64,000 nucleotides of DNA from a virus (IMGVR_UViG_3300024999_000034:96001-160000); one strand, 5' to 3'. Shown: positions 23,827-35,425, counted from the stretch's first letter. The notes: generated by a model not told the origin, from the letters alone. Made by a program: numbers and translations.

Positions 23827-24900
23827 ATGGCATTTTATTCATTACCACTAGAGAAAAACAATGTAAAAGTACCAGAGGAATATTGCTATTTAGTAATAGT
23901 AAAATATCAAGAGGATAATTTCAAACCGTCAAAAGGTAAAAAATTATCTGCTGAAGAATCAAAAAATAAAAAAGGAAAACTTCTCGCACAGCAAGAAACT
24001 ATTAAACAATTGGATACCGGTTACTGTAACATACATAATCGAAAAATTGAACTAAGCACAATTTTTGATTCATTCTTTGTAGGATATTTAGATAAATATG
24101 ATAACCATCTAATCTATAAAATCAAACCTCTTGCTTCTAATGAAATTTCAAAAAGTTATGATTCACAAAAAAGATTTGAAGTTTCAGAGTTTGATGTGGT
24201 CAAAAAGTTTAAAGACAAAAGTGAAATTATTCAACAAATACACAAAGATAAATTACTACCTGAGTTTTCTGCCATAATGTTTGACAAATTATCTTATACA
24301 AATGCAGAACATAGAGAAAAGTTATTTGCTTATTTTCAATATATTAATAATGTATTTAAAGATTTAGAAATATCATTGGCAGATATATTATTAAGCAATG
24401 ATTATAATATGGCATTTAGAGGTAAATTTAAGAAAAATGATACTGGTGAATCGACAAAAGAAAATATTAGATATCTACTTGACAATAAATATATTAAATA
24501 TTTTAAGGAAGGAGATTATTATCAAGTAAAATTAATAGTTGGTTTAGTAGATTGTGGATTATTTGATGTAGCTTTAGAATGTATAAAATTGTTAGACGAG
24601 CGCGATGTTGAAGAATTGAAAAAGAATAAGGATTTTGATATCGCTTTGAAAAAATGGTCTATGGATGAGGCCGTTAAGGAAATTATCAATGTTCTAGGAA
24701 TTAAATTAAGTGGCATGACTTTGACTGTAAAGGAGTATATGGATTATGGCGAAGATCGAATTATAGAAACTGAGATATTTGATAATATTGGAGATATAAA
24801 GACACATTTGATTAAGAAATATGATGTTCCATTTGAAAGAGTGATGAGTAAGGATATTGATGGGTTGGAATGGGATGGTTTTGAGTTTAGGGTAAGTTAG
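23827..24900 (+). CDS. Hypothetical protein (357 aa)
   Basis: Long ORF, RBS AGGAG; followed by hairpin 24911-24944. Confidence 0.75.
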   Translation: MAFYSLPLEKNNVKVPEEYCYLVIVKYQEDNFKPSKGKKLSAEESKNKKGKLLAQQETIKQLDTGYCNIHNRKIELSTIFDSFFVGYLDKYDNHLIYKIKPLASNEISKSYDSQKRFEVSEFDVVKKFKDKSEIIQQIHKDKLLPEFSAIMFDKLSYTNAEHREKLFAYFQYINNVFKDLEISLADILLSNDYNMAFRGKFKKNDTGESTKENIRYLLDNKYIKYFKEGDYYQVKLIVGLVDCGLFDVALECIKLLDERDVEELKKNKDFDIALKKWSMDEAVKEIINVLGIKLSGMTLTVKEYMDYGEDRIIETEIFDNIGDIKTHLIKKYDVPFERVMSKDIDGLEWDGFEFRVS

Positions 24901-24910
24901 GGTAATTTGT

Positions 24911-24944
24911 ATTGGTATTGTATAGTAATTTGTACGATACCAAT
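24911..24944 (+). terminator. Hairpin, probable terminator
   Basis: ATTGGTATTGTA / TACGATACCAAT 12-bp stem, 10-nt loop. Confidence 0.5.
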
Positions 24945-25007
24945 ATTCTATCAAATGAATGTCTGGTTTTATTTGGTATAAAATAAATAATAAGGGAGAG
25001 ATTATTA

Positions 25008-25547
25008 ATGAGAGATGTTAAATTCAGAGCATGGGCTGAACACACAATAGATAATCGATGGAATTATGCATGGAATAAATCTGAAGAAGTATTTTCAAAA
25101 ACTGAACCCTCAAAACATTCACAAGAATGGAGCGAGTGGTATGATAAAAAAGAAGATTATAGAAATGAATTGTTAATGGAATGGGATTCTCAATTTATAG
25201 TCGATAGATATGTAAAAGAAAAAGCTATGATTACAAATATTATGGTTAATGGAACAGTACAAAGGCCACATGGGTATGAGATTATCGATATTATGCAATT
25301 TTCAGGATTAAAAGATCAAAGCAATAATAAAAATGAAGTGTATGAAGGTGATATTGTTGAGGAAATTGGATGGCAAGGTGATTATTATGTAGTCGAATTT
25401 ATTGATTGTGCTTTTTATGCAATATCATTGAAGAGATACGTTCCAGCAGGAATACGTACAAGGTATGTTAAATTAGATGAATTGATGAATATTCAAGTTG
25501 TTGGAAATAAATATGAAAATATAGAATTATTGGAAGGAGATAAATAA
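25008..25547 (+). CDS. yopX: YopX-family protein
   Basis: MRDVKFRAW..MQFSGLKD..EVYEGDIV..VVGNKYEN..LLE. Confidence 0.88.
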   Translation: MRDVKFRAWAEHTIDNRWNYAWNKSEEVFSKTEPSKHSQEWSEWYDKKEDYRNELLMEWDSQFIVDRYVKEKAMITNIMVNGTVQRPHGYEIIDIMQFSGLKDQSNNKNEVYEGDIVEEIGWQGDYYVVEFIDCAFYAISLKRYVPAGIRTRYVKLDELMNIQVVGNKYENIELLEGDK

Positions 25548-26016
25548 TATGTTTATAGAAAAGGTAATCACTAAAACCATCTTTGATCCTGAAGTTTTTA
25601 AAATAGGAACAAAAATACATGCAAAATATCAATGTGCAATCAGTGACGATTATAAATATTGGGAATATGATTTTAATGGAATTGTTAAATCTTATGATGA
25701 GGACATTATATGGTTAGAAGATCCAGATGATAGAGATTACAATGTATTTTCTGATGAATCGCGTCCTAGACGATATAAAATTGAATTGCAGTTAGTTAAA
25801 ATGGGATTTTGGGTATTAGAGTTTTAACTCCTTTCAAATCCATATTTCCTCGTACTTTAAGAACCATGAAACCATTATGTAACCCAATTCTTAATTTTAG
25901 AAATTATTAAAAAGAGGTGAATGCTTATAATAAATCATAAGTATTACAATAAATGGAATCTTAATATATAAAATAGTTAAGTATCAATAAATAAAATATA
26001 GAAAGAGGTTGATTAT

Positions 26017-26747
26017 ATGGAAGAAAAAGTAATAATTTTGCCAGAGAGAGAGAGAGTCTACAACTAAATAAAACGTATAATATGGATTGCACCAAAGGAC
26101 TAGAGCAAATGTATAAAGAAGGAATTGTAGCAAATTGTATTGTAACTGATCCTCCTTATGGAATAAACTTTAGCACAAATCATAGAAAGAAAAATACGTT
26201 AACAACACAAAAAGGCATTCTTAATGATAAAGACAATAATGACTTTCTAGAAAATATAATTGATTTATCATATAAGGTATTGAAAGACAATGCACATATT
26301 TATTGGTTTACTCGTTGGGATAAAGTACCTGAGCATTTAGTGTTGTTAAGGAAATATTATAATGTTAAAAATGCTTTAATATGGGTTAAAAATAATTGGT
26401 CGATGGGTGATTTAACTGGTGCATATGCAGGGCAATATGAAGTAATTTTGTTTGGTCAAAAAGGTAGAAAAGAACTAAATGAAATTGATGGTCGAAAAAG
26501 ACATACAGATATATTGAATTATAATAGAGTATCGGGTAAGGAGCAAATACATAGTCATCAAAAACCAATAGATTTATTACAGTTTTTGATCAAGAAGTCC
26601 ACTGTTGAAGGCGAAGTAATATTAGATCCATTTGCTGGTGCGAGGTCAACAGAGATAGCTTCTAAGTGCTGTGGTAGGCAATACATAGGATTTGAATTTG
26701 ATAAAGAGATATATGATTTAAGTTTGAGTAGATTAATTAATTTGTAA
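26017..26747 (+). CDS. Beta-class N4C/N6A DNA methyltransferase; 5' end out of frame across an (AG)7 tract (currently OFF or truncated)
   Basis: VTDPPY, HQKP, ILDPFAG motifs; ATG 26017 with RBS stops at 26067; catalytic frame lacks a start upstream of 26082. Confidence 0.85.
26043..26056 (+). repeat. (AG)7 simple sequence repeat in the MTase 5' coding region
   Basis: ccAGAGAGAGAGAGAGtc. Confidence 0.95.
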
Positions 26748-26782
26748 TACATATAAACATAAAAATAATTATTATACACTAC

Positions 26783-26812
26783 TTGATATTTACCTATTGA
26801 GTGGTGTATAAT
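26783..26812 (+). promoter_or_regulatory. SigA-type promoter
   Basis: TTGATA-18 bp-TATAAT. Confidence 0.65.
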
Positions 26813-27171
26813 AGTATTAAGAAGTAAATCAAAGGAGTGAAGTAAATGAAAGTAAAAATCCTAAAAGATGGCGAAAATGACAGAATGGTTATATTAAACG
26901 TCTTAGATTGGAGTGAAGTTCAGGTTAGTGATTTGATAGGTAAAAAGATTGTTGATATAACTCTTGATAATAAATATGAGGAAACAACTTTGGAACTAGA
27001 ATAATCCCAAGAAATTATATTTTTAAAGGTAGGTGATAAATTAAATGAACGGAGATAGAGAGTGTCCTCACTGCGGAGAAATGAGTTTATTCGAACAGGG
27101 TTTAAATCAATGGTTATGTGTAATTTGTGGTAGAGAGTTTGATGATGAATGGTTAGAAGGAGAAGAATAAT

Positions 27172-29603
27172 ATGGATTTAAACAAATTTAAACTAAACGA
27201 ACTGATTGAAGAAATAGAGTATCTGAAAGAAGCAGAGGAATTATTATTGCAAATATATACAAATGTTGGCGTATATAATCTAGAAGTTTTAGATAATAAA
27301 TTAGACTACCCACGACCATTATCTACGAGAATAAGAGATCATTTTAAATTTGACGATAGTGAATAAAATGTTGCTTTTAAACTATAAAATCAATTGAAAG
27401 GAAAGTGTAAAATGAGATATTTTGAAGTAATAATGAAAAGCGGAGAAAAGAATTATCTCTCATATGACGTTGTAGAAATTCAAAGAGAAGAAATATCGGA
27501 AATTATTCAAGAAATTGATAGGAATGATTTTTTAAGAGAAAAAGAAGGAATATGTGAAGAATTACTATGTCATTCATGCGAAGAAAATAAATGCAGTGTT
27601 ATTTAATACGAAGAAATATATTTAAATAAAAGGAGTGCAAAAGTAAATGAAGAAATTATGTGTTGTATGTGGTCAAGAAATAGACACAAAGGAACAGCCA
27701 TATTTTAAATTTGGCTCTAAATATATTTGTGATGATACTGTGGATGTAGGGTGTTGCACCACATTTTTGAGTTGGCATAGAAAGAATGAAGATAAAACTG
27801 AATAAAATGGCACTTTCCAAGTATTTATAAAATGAGGTGAATGAAATGGATAAGAAATATATATAGTAAAAGTAGTAGACGATAGTGATGAAACAATTTT
27901 AACATTACTTGATTTTGGAACAGTAAATTATTCATCAAAATTAATTAATGTTTGTAGTATTATTATGGATTCAAAAAACGTTAGTAAATTAAGAAAATGC
28001 AAATGCGTTTTGTCTGTTAGAGAAAGTAGATCAGGTAAGTGGTTGGATGGAATTAAAAAAGAAAGGGATTGAATATAATATGAAAATCAGTGAGGCAGAA
28101 TTTATCAGCAAATGCATGGAATCTAATGAATGTACTCTTGAAGAATTTCATGAATATTATGAAGTCTTTCCTTGTAATTGTGAATATGAAAACTGTGAAG
28201 GATGGAGGAATGAATTAAAAGAAGATGCAGTAAGGAAATTTTATGAAAATAGTAAAAAAGATCAAATCAAATGATGTTTTTAAAGGTATGAAAGGAGAGT
28301 AAAAATGTTTAAAGTTATGGAAAAATGTTATGTAGAACATTGTGTTGATGGTTCAATGGCAAAGCTAGTATATGGAATATTAGAAGATAGCTGCTAAAAA
28401 TTATGAGTCATATGGTAATGAGTAAAGGAGAGAAAATAAATGAAATTGATTAATATGAAATGCCTTTTCCATAAAAAACTTACAATACATGTTACTCATA
28501 ATGAATGTGACGCGATGAGTTGTTATGGTTGTAAATATTTGATAGATCAATATTCAAATCATGTAGAGCAAGAAGAAGAACATGATTCTGAACCTTGGAA
28601 TCCATTTGAAGATTAATTATGCTTTAAAATCATACATTGAAAGAAGTTTTTATAAATGGAAGAACCAGAACTAACTGAAGAAGTGTTAAAACGAATCACA
28701 AATAGAATTCCTTGGTTTTTCTATATCCTAGAGGGACGTATTAACGGTTTTGATCAAGATATTGAAGAAATAAGACAATTACATGGAGAAAACAATCATT
28801 GGGAAGATTTTACTAGAGGACAACATAATGCATTTAAAGAAGCATGGAGTTTGTTGTTAGGTGATTAACAGATTATTCTTGACTATACTTTGATTTGAAT
28901 ATAAACTTAATCAAAAGACTAGGAGTAATCATGAAAAGAAGCATAGAATGGCAAAACACACGTAATGCTAATTATATCAATATTCATAAAAGAGTATCTA
29001 ATGTTTCTCCAGGAATTGTAAGTAAATTAGGATACAATGAATCAGATAGGGCAATTATAGGATTTTCAGATGATGGACAATTTCTATACATTAAAAAATC
29101 AGACAATGGTTTGAAATTGTCTATCATCAATGAAAGAAGTTTTGGAAGAACATTTGCTTCAATTGCTCTTATTAAGAATTTTGGTGATATTATTGGTACT
29201 TATGAGTATGATAGAGTTGATAATGAAGGTGTAGTGGTGTTAAGGAAATTATAAGGAGGTAATTATGAAAAATTATAAAGAAATATTACTAAATACCCTA
29301 TCAGATGATAATCTTGATCTAGAATCAGGAATCCCATCACTTAATAAACCACTTTTAGATTTTACAAAAAATTATCTAGAATTACGATTCTCAAATAATC
29401 TAAAGCAATACAATAATGATGAATCAAAAGCATATGATTTATTTTCTGCTAAGAAAGCAATGGAATATTTTAATATTTATGTTGAGGAATTATTCTTTTT
29501 AACAAGAGACAAAACTGATGGGAATTATTATGAACGAAAATTTCTCAGACAATTAATTCATTTGTTAAATTTAACGATTTTAGAGGTTGAAAATGGTGAG
29601 TAA
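27172..29603 (+). other. Run of small hypothetical phage ORFs
   Basis: Consecutive short + strand ORFs with RBSs; several boundaries carry the 9-8-9 motif. Confidence 0.6.
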
Positions 29604-29779
29604 GGTGATTATATGATTTATCATGTCAGTTGGCTAGAAAGTGCCATTGTGAAACTTAGAGAGGATAATACTAAGGTTAGTGCTGTGAATGGCAACATGA
29701 CTATTGAGGAATTTATTAGAGAGTTTTGTGGTGAAGAATTGGATAAGAGTGTTAAATGTTAGAGAGAGGGATGATTATA

Positions 29780-30214
29780 ATGAATTTAGAACAAGCAATT
29801 TCAATAGCATCATTGGCCCATGAAGGACAATTAGATAAAGGTGGAGAACCATATATTTTACATCCTTTAAGGGTTATGATGAAACTTAAAGACGAGAAGC
29901 AAAGAATTGTGGCTGTATTGCATGATGTAATAGAGGATACGGATATTACTAGTTTTTATTTATTAAAACAAGGATTTGATTATGAATTAACTAATCACAT
30001 TTTGACTTTAACTAGACGTAAAGATGAAAATTATGATGAATATATTAACCGTATAAGTAAGGATGAATTTGCTATACAAATTAAGTTAGCAGACTTAGAA
30101 GACAATATGGATATGTCTAGGATTAAGAAACCTACAGGTAAGGACCATGAGCGTGTGGAGAAGTATGGCAAAGCAAGAGAAAGATTGATGAATGCTTTAG
30201 TTTATGTTCAATAA
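29780..30214 (+). CDS. HD-domain (RelA/SpoT/Mesh1-like) small alarmone hydrolase (start ATG 29780)
   Basis: AHEGQ.DK.GEPYILHP, VLHDVIED, IKLADLEDN. Confidence 0.85.
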   Translation: MNLEQAISIASLAHEGQLDKGGEPYILHPLRVMMKLKDEKQRIVAVLHDVIEDTDITSFYLLKQGFDYELTNHILTLTRRKDENYDEYINRISKDEFAIQIKLADLEDNMDMSRIKKPTGKDHERVEKYGKARERLMNALVYVQ

Positions 30215-30238
30215 ATAAAATAGAAAGGAAGATTAAAT

Positions 30239-31135
30239 TTGACAAGAAGTGAATACCATCAATTATTATGGGAAAAATATCATAGAATAGAAAATAATAT
30301 TGTAGAAAGGAGGTGTACCTCTTGCGAAGAATGGCAACAAGAAAATGTAGAAAATTTTTATCTAAAGAATAAATCAAACCCAGAATTAGGATTTTTGCCA
30401 GAGTGCAAAGAATGTACTATAAAAAGAACCAATAAAAACAGAAGCGATAAATATGATGATTATTATAGAGATTACAACAAGCAAATTTATTTAAAAGATC
30501 CCGAAAAATTTAAAGAACGTGATAAAATTAACGTAAGTAATAAACCGGAACAATATAAAGAAAAGAAAAAGAAATGGAGACAAAACCATCCTGAAAAGTG
30601 CAGAGAATACTCTAAGTTACATAGAGTGCATGATATCACAGAAGCAGAATGGAGATCATGTTTAAGAGTGTTCGGCAATACTTGTGCTTATTGCGGATTA
30701 CCAATTGAAAAACACACATTTTACAGAAATGGCAAATACATAATTATGAACTTTCACAAAGAACATGTGGATGATGAAGGATATAATGATTTGAGAAACG
30801 CGGTTCCTGCTTGTCAACATTGTAATAGTAGTAAGCGTCAGTACTCAATTGAAGAATGGTATTTTAAACAAAAATTCTTTTCTATTGACAGATATATAAA
30901 AATACTTTGGTGGATCAACGAAGAGTATAAAGACTATATAGAGGATAAGCCGCCTTACAGAATTATTAGAAAGCAAAATGACGATAAGAAGAGTTTTCAT
31001 TGGCAATTGTGGATTGTTGATGAGTACAGAAATATGATAGAATATATACATATAGGTGACAAGAAAAAAGATATACAAAAATGGATTGAAGTTAATAAAG
31101 CAGAATTAGAAGAGGAATTTGAGTGGGAATTATAG
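30239..31135 (+). CDS. HNH endonuclease, paralog 2 (TTG start)
   Basis: CAYCG..FHKEH..NDLRNAVPACQHCNSSK. Confidence 0.85.
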   Translation: MTRSEYHQLLWEKYHRIENNIVERRCTSCEEWQQENVENFYLKNKSNPELGFLPECKECTIKRTNKNRSDKYDDYYRDYNKQIYLKDPEKFKERDKINVSNKPEQYKEKKKKWRQNHPEKCREYSKLHRVHDITEAEWRSCLRVFGNTCAYCGLPIEKHTFYRNGKYIIMNFHKEHVDDEGYNDLRNAVPACQHCNSSKRQYSIEEWYFKQKFFSIDRYIKILWWINEEYKDYIEDKPPYRIIRKQNDDKKSFHWQLWIVDEYRNMIEYIHIGDKKKDIQKWIEVNKAELEEEFEWEL

Positions 31136-31185
31136 GTATGTCTTATAAATAAAGTTTCCACTTGCAATTAAAAAGGAGAGTATAT

Positions 31186-31713
31186 ATGAGTGACCATAAA
31201 AACAAAATCTTTATGATTTCAGATCCTCATTTCCATCATCAAAAAATTATTAAGTATGAGAATAGACCATTTGAAAATGCTGAACAAATGACTAAGACAA
31301 TTATTAAAAACTGGAGTAAAGTTGTTAAGAGAGATGACGAAGTTTTCTGTTTAGGAGATGTATGTTTTAAAAATAAAGAAGTCACAACTGAGATTGTGCA
31401 ACAATTAAATGGAATTAAAACTTTAATCTTAGGAAATCATGATAGATCAAAGTCAGTAACTTGGTGGAAGGGATGCGGATTTCAAGAAGTAAGTAAATAT
31501 CCTATCATTGTTGGTGAGTTTTATATTCTATCACATGAGCCTATTTATTTAACTGAAGCAATGCCTTACGCAAATATACATGGACATATTCATCATTTAA
31601 AATATGAGAGTAAGCAATATTTTAATGTTAGCGTTGAATGTATTGATTATACTCCTATGGATTTTGAAGATATTAAGAAGGAAATATTGATTAGGAATAT
31701 GGAGGATAAGTAA
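31186..31713 (+). CDS. Calcineurin-like metallophosphoesterase
   Basis: SDPHFHH, LGDV, LGNHD, SHEP, HGHIH. Confidence 0.88.
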   Translation: MSDHKNKIFMISDPHFHHQKIIKYENRPFENAEQMTKTIIKNWSKVVKRDDEVFCLGDVCFKNKEVTTEIVQQLNGIKTLILGNHDRSKSVTWWKGCGFQEVSKYPIIVGEFYILSHEPIYLTEAMPYANIHGHIHHLKYESKQYFNVSVECIDYTPMDFEDIKKEILIRNMEDK

Positions 31714-31845
31714 ATGGCATTATTAAATCTTGAAGAATTATTAAAAGAGGTAGAAGAAACAGATTGTAAACTCCCTCCTCATTTTATTGACGGTGAGGAA
31801 TACGAGGAGTGGCTTAGAAAAGAATTAATCAAAGATAATAAGTAG
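31714..31845 (+). CDS. 43-aa mini-protein, paralog of 8943-9083
   Basis: MALLNLEELLKEVEE..LPP....GEEYEEWLRK vs MALLTFEEILKEIEE..LPP....GEEYEEWLRK. Confidence 0.7.
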   Translation: MALLNLEELLKEVEETDCKLPPHFIDGEEYEEWLRKELIKDNK

Positions 31846-31931
31846 CCCCAGAAAAAACGCATTTTATCTTTATTTAAGATTGGGAAAGTGGAGCATATAT
31901 GAGTATATAGTAGCATGAAGGAGATTGACAA

Positions 31932-32108
31932 ATGAAAGAAAACGAATTATCAATTCAAGGAACTATTAACAGTTTAATTAAACTGAGAAAAGATTATATG
32001 GGTGCAGGAGGATGTTCAATGACCCATATGGACATTAACCAAGAAAAATTAAAGGTACTAAGGAACGCTATTGAATTGTTGAATAAATTATTAGTTTTGC
32101 AGAAATAA
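31932..32108 (+). CDS. 58-aa mini-protein, paralog of 9282-9440
   Basis: ENELSIQGTI..L..LRKDY..L.NAIELL vs ETELLIQETI..L..IRKDY..LTNAVELL. Confidence 0.65.
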   Translation: MKENELSIQGTINSLIKLRKDYMGAGGCSMTHMDINQEKLKVLRNAIELLNKLLVLQK

Positions 32109-33116
32109 ATCGGTGAATTCATAAGAGGAGGAATTTATAATGGCAGGGTGTGGAATTAGACGAAATTGTGAGAATTGCAATAATCAAGTAGAGGTTAAAC
32201 AATATATTTATTATTGCAAATTTGGAGAAAAGGCTTTTCAGGAATGTCAGATAGAATATCCTAAAGATTTAAAAGCAGGGAAACTTTATGACCAAACACA
32301 GAAAGATTTTATTTTAGAAAAAGATCGTTTTGTGTTATTAGAGGGTTATTAATATCCTATATAAATAAATTATAATATAATTAGAAAGGATTTGTATGAT
32401 GATTATGAAATTATTAATGTATAAAAATTGTGGAGATGTTTTTAACCTTGACTATGAAGAAAAATATTGTAAATGTAAAGGAGTTGTAGGCAAATATTTA
32501 GACAATCTAAATGCCGAATATCATGGAGACGATGCTATCCCATTAGGTTTTGCAAACAATAGTATATCTGTAGCTATTAAAAGCCAACCACTAAATGGAA
32601 TGGGATATAATTTTAATGCTTTTGTTATTCCTAAAGAATGTGATACTTTTGTTAGAAAATAAATCAATAAGTCAACAAGTTCGTTGTGTCATAGTACTAG
32701 AAAATTATTCCACATTAAAGTATAATAAGTTATGGGGTGAAAATAATGCAAGTAGAAATTATTTATACAAATGAAACGGGAAAATGGTTGTGGGCAATTC
32801 AAATGTATGATACAGATGTTTGGATTGATGCTTTTGATATAAGAGATGATGCAATTGAGCATTGTAGAAAATATGGTCATAAAATTATTAGAATTATTGG
32901 GGAAGGAGAATGAGTAATTGAAAACAGATATTAAAAAAGTAGGTTTCTGGTGGAAATGGAATGAGTATTGTAATAATTGTGGTAGAAAGATTAGAGATTA
33001 TGATGAATCCTCTTCAAGTGCTGAACCGGATGTAAATAAGGAAGATTATTGTTTAGAGTGCATGAGAAAGAAATTAGATGGCGGTATTAAATTGTAAAAT
33101 AAATATTTATAAACTA

Positions 33117-33146
33117 TTGACGTAATAGTTGGGTATATGGTATGAT
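33117..33146 (+). promoter_or_regulatory. SigA-type promoter
   Basis: TTGACG-18 bp-TGnTATGAT. Confidence 0.7.
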
Positions 33147-33440
33147 ATGGGTAAGAAGAAATTTGAGGAGGATATTAGATTATGGAGTTAAACACAATCA
33201 AAAATCTAACAGACGACGAATTAAAAATTTGTTTTGATGAAATAGCTGATTATAGGCAAAAGGGAATTATGTCAATAGATACTTTAACAAGAAAAGTCAG
33301 AAGTGATATTGCAAAAGAGATTGGCGTAATTTCTTGGGACTTAGGATGTGATTCTACTAGCAATTACATTATGTTTGAGATTGCTAAAAGGCATTATGGA
33401 GTATCTTGAATTAAATACTCCTCCCTTAAAATATTGAGAG

Positions 33441-33650
33441 GTGGAATTAATTATGTCAGAGAATCTTAAACCTGAATGTAAATTAGCTGGTATAAATGGT
33501 AATGTATTTAACATAATTGGAACTGTATCCAAAACATTAAGAAATGCAGGATTAAGAGATAAAGCAGTTGAGTTTTCGGATAGAGCAGTACAGCAGGAAA
33601 GTTATGATGCTGTTTTAAGATTGTGTTTTGAATATGTTGATGTTTGTTAG
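33441..33650 (+). CDS. Conserved small phage protein
   Basis: KPECKL.G.NGNVFNIIG.V...L..AG..SYDAVL pattern. Confidence 0.65.
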   Translation: MELIMSENLKPECKLAGINGNVFNIIGTVSKTLRNAGLRDKAVEFSDRAVQQESYDAVLRLCFEYVDVC

Positions 33651-33670
33651 ATTATTTATCTAACTTTAAT

Positions 33671-33827
33671 TTGCCCAAATCACCTGTGCTGAGATGCGAA
33701 AGGTGAGCTAATCTTGTGCCTAGTCAACACAAGACAGTTGAAGTGTTATGGCAAACATCCAATTGTGCAATCAGGATTGGATGAAGACGCTCCTTCCCCA
33801 AGGAAATGAACTTAGGGGAATTATTTT
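33671..33827 (+). ncRNA. Candidate structured RNA/leader (multi-hairpin, ends in terminator-like stem)
   Basis: Pairings TTGCC/GGCAA, TCACCT/AGGTGA, TCTTGTG/CACAAGA, CATCCAAT/ATTGGATG, TTCCCCAAG/CTTAGGGGAA+TTATTTT; GC-richer than flanks. Confidence 0.55.
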
Positions 33828-34746
33828 AAAATTGAGAGGTGGGACACATATGGAAAAGAGACACCAATTAGTAGGATATAGTAAAATTGAAGACAGAGAA
33901 CATTCATTAATGAAATTCAATAGCTATGCAGACTTCAAGGAAAATCTTATTGATCGGGAAGATTTAGAAGGATATACTGATTATATAGTCATTTAATATT
34001 GTAAATAAACTTAAAAAGATGGTTAGTGGATATTTTGCTTATGACAGGACACGTTAAATGACGTATTTTAAGTTAAGTTAAGTTGAGAGAGGAGGATTCA
34101 TTTTATGGAACAAAAAGTTTATTGTACTGAGTGTGAATATTTAAAGGATGAAGATGCAGATATCTATAGTGGTAAAGATGATATCATGTATAAGAGTGGA
34201 ATAAAAGTTATTTTTACATGCTCTAAACACAATGATCGTTTACTAAATCTATATAGTAATGTTATTTGTCCGTGTAATAAATGTAATGGCAAAGACTTTG
34301 AATTTTATACTACAGGGTCTAAAAGGTTAAAACCTAATGTGTTATATTAAGTGCAAAAGGTGGTGTAATAAATGTCTAGAAATATTCCATTGGGGAACTT
34401 AAATGTATTGGCAGATATTAGTTATACTAATGTATTAGATAAATATATAATAGGACTTCATATAGGAAGTATCTATACGATCCTAAATGAGAAATTTAAT
34501 TCAGAAAAAGAGGCTATGGATTATATATTTAAGAATTTTTAAAATCCTAGCAAACGTGAACTTTAATGGAAAGAAGATGATTAAAAATGTTTGTTGTTAC
34601 AACGGATACTTATGGAGAAAGATATTATATAATGGAACAATTGCCAGTTAAATGGACTAAGGAGTTGAATAGAGCAGTCTTGTATGAATTTGTAGCAGAG
34701 ATACCACCATTGGAAAGTGATTTTGATTATATAGTTAAAGTAGAAC

Positions 34747-35397
34747 ATGATGAAAATGGTAAATTATATATATCACACGAAAATTAAGTTTAAATTGAAG
34801 GAGTTGTACATATTGTATCAATCAATGCATGAAATTTTAAAAGAAGGTAAGGTTGGTAAATTTGAATTAAAGAAGTTTACTATTGGTAATAGTGATTTAC
34901 GTGCTATGATGGATGGTATTCCAACAGGTGATTATATTAAGCTTCAGAATCCATGTGATGTTATTATGTCAAATACATCTATGGAGAAAAGAAGTAATGC
35001 TAGATTTGTTATGGACGTTCATGGAGATGTTTTTATAGCAGGATTAGGAATAGGGTTAATAGTATTGCCTATTCAAGACAAAGAAGAAGTAAAATCTATT
35101 ACTATTTTAGAAAAGTATCCTGAAGTAATTGAATTAGTTGGTAAACAATTACATTTAAATGAAAAGGTAAAGATTATTCAAGGCGATGTATTTGATTATG
35201 AATTTCCAAAAGGAACTAAATTTGATACTTTATATTTTGATATTTGGAATTATGTGAATTCAGATGTTTATGAGAAAGAAATGAAGGTATTGAAGAAAAA
35301 ATATAGGAAGTATAAAAGATCATTAAAAGATAATCCAAATGCTTTTATTAAATGTTGGGCAGAATATGAGGCCAGATATGATAAACCATTGAGATAG
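34747..35397 (+). CDS. Class I SAM-dependent methyltransferase (spermidine-synthase-like)
   Basis: VFIAGLGIG, ILEKYPEVI, IIQGDVF, FDTLYFDIW. Confidence 0.75.
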   Translation: MMKMVNYIYHTKIKFKLKELYILYQSMHEILKEGKVGKFELKKFTIGNSDLRAMMDGIPTGDYIKLQNPCDVIMSNTSMEKRSNARFVMDVHGDVFIAGLGIGLIVLPIQDKEEVKSITILEKYPEVIELVGKQLHLNEKVKIIQGDVFDYEFPKGTKFDTLYFDIWNYVNSDVYEKEMKVLKKKYRKYKRSLKDNPNAFIKCWAEYEARYDKPLR

Positions 35398-35399
35398 AT

Positions 35400-35425
35400 T
35401 CCGATAAATTTATTCTTTTCTGGGA
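35400..35425. repeat. 9-8-9 palindromic gene-boundary site
   Basis: TCCGATAAA-tttattct-TTTCTGGGA, 2 nt after stop. Confidence 0.7.

Noticed and set aside
33686-33706. Hammerhead-like CTGAGA..GAAA
   Set aside because: The core lacks the CUGAnGA spacing and there is no credible stem II or III.
33748-33849. N-terminal part of ORF 33748-33996
   Set aside because: It overlaps the hairpin-rich element; the RBS (GAGGTGG) supports a start at 33850.
34070-34084. (AAGTT)3 tandem repeat
   Set aside because: Short, AT-rich and intergenic; plausible by chance.
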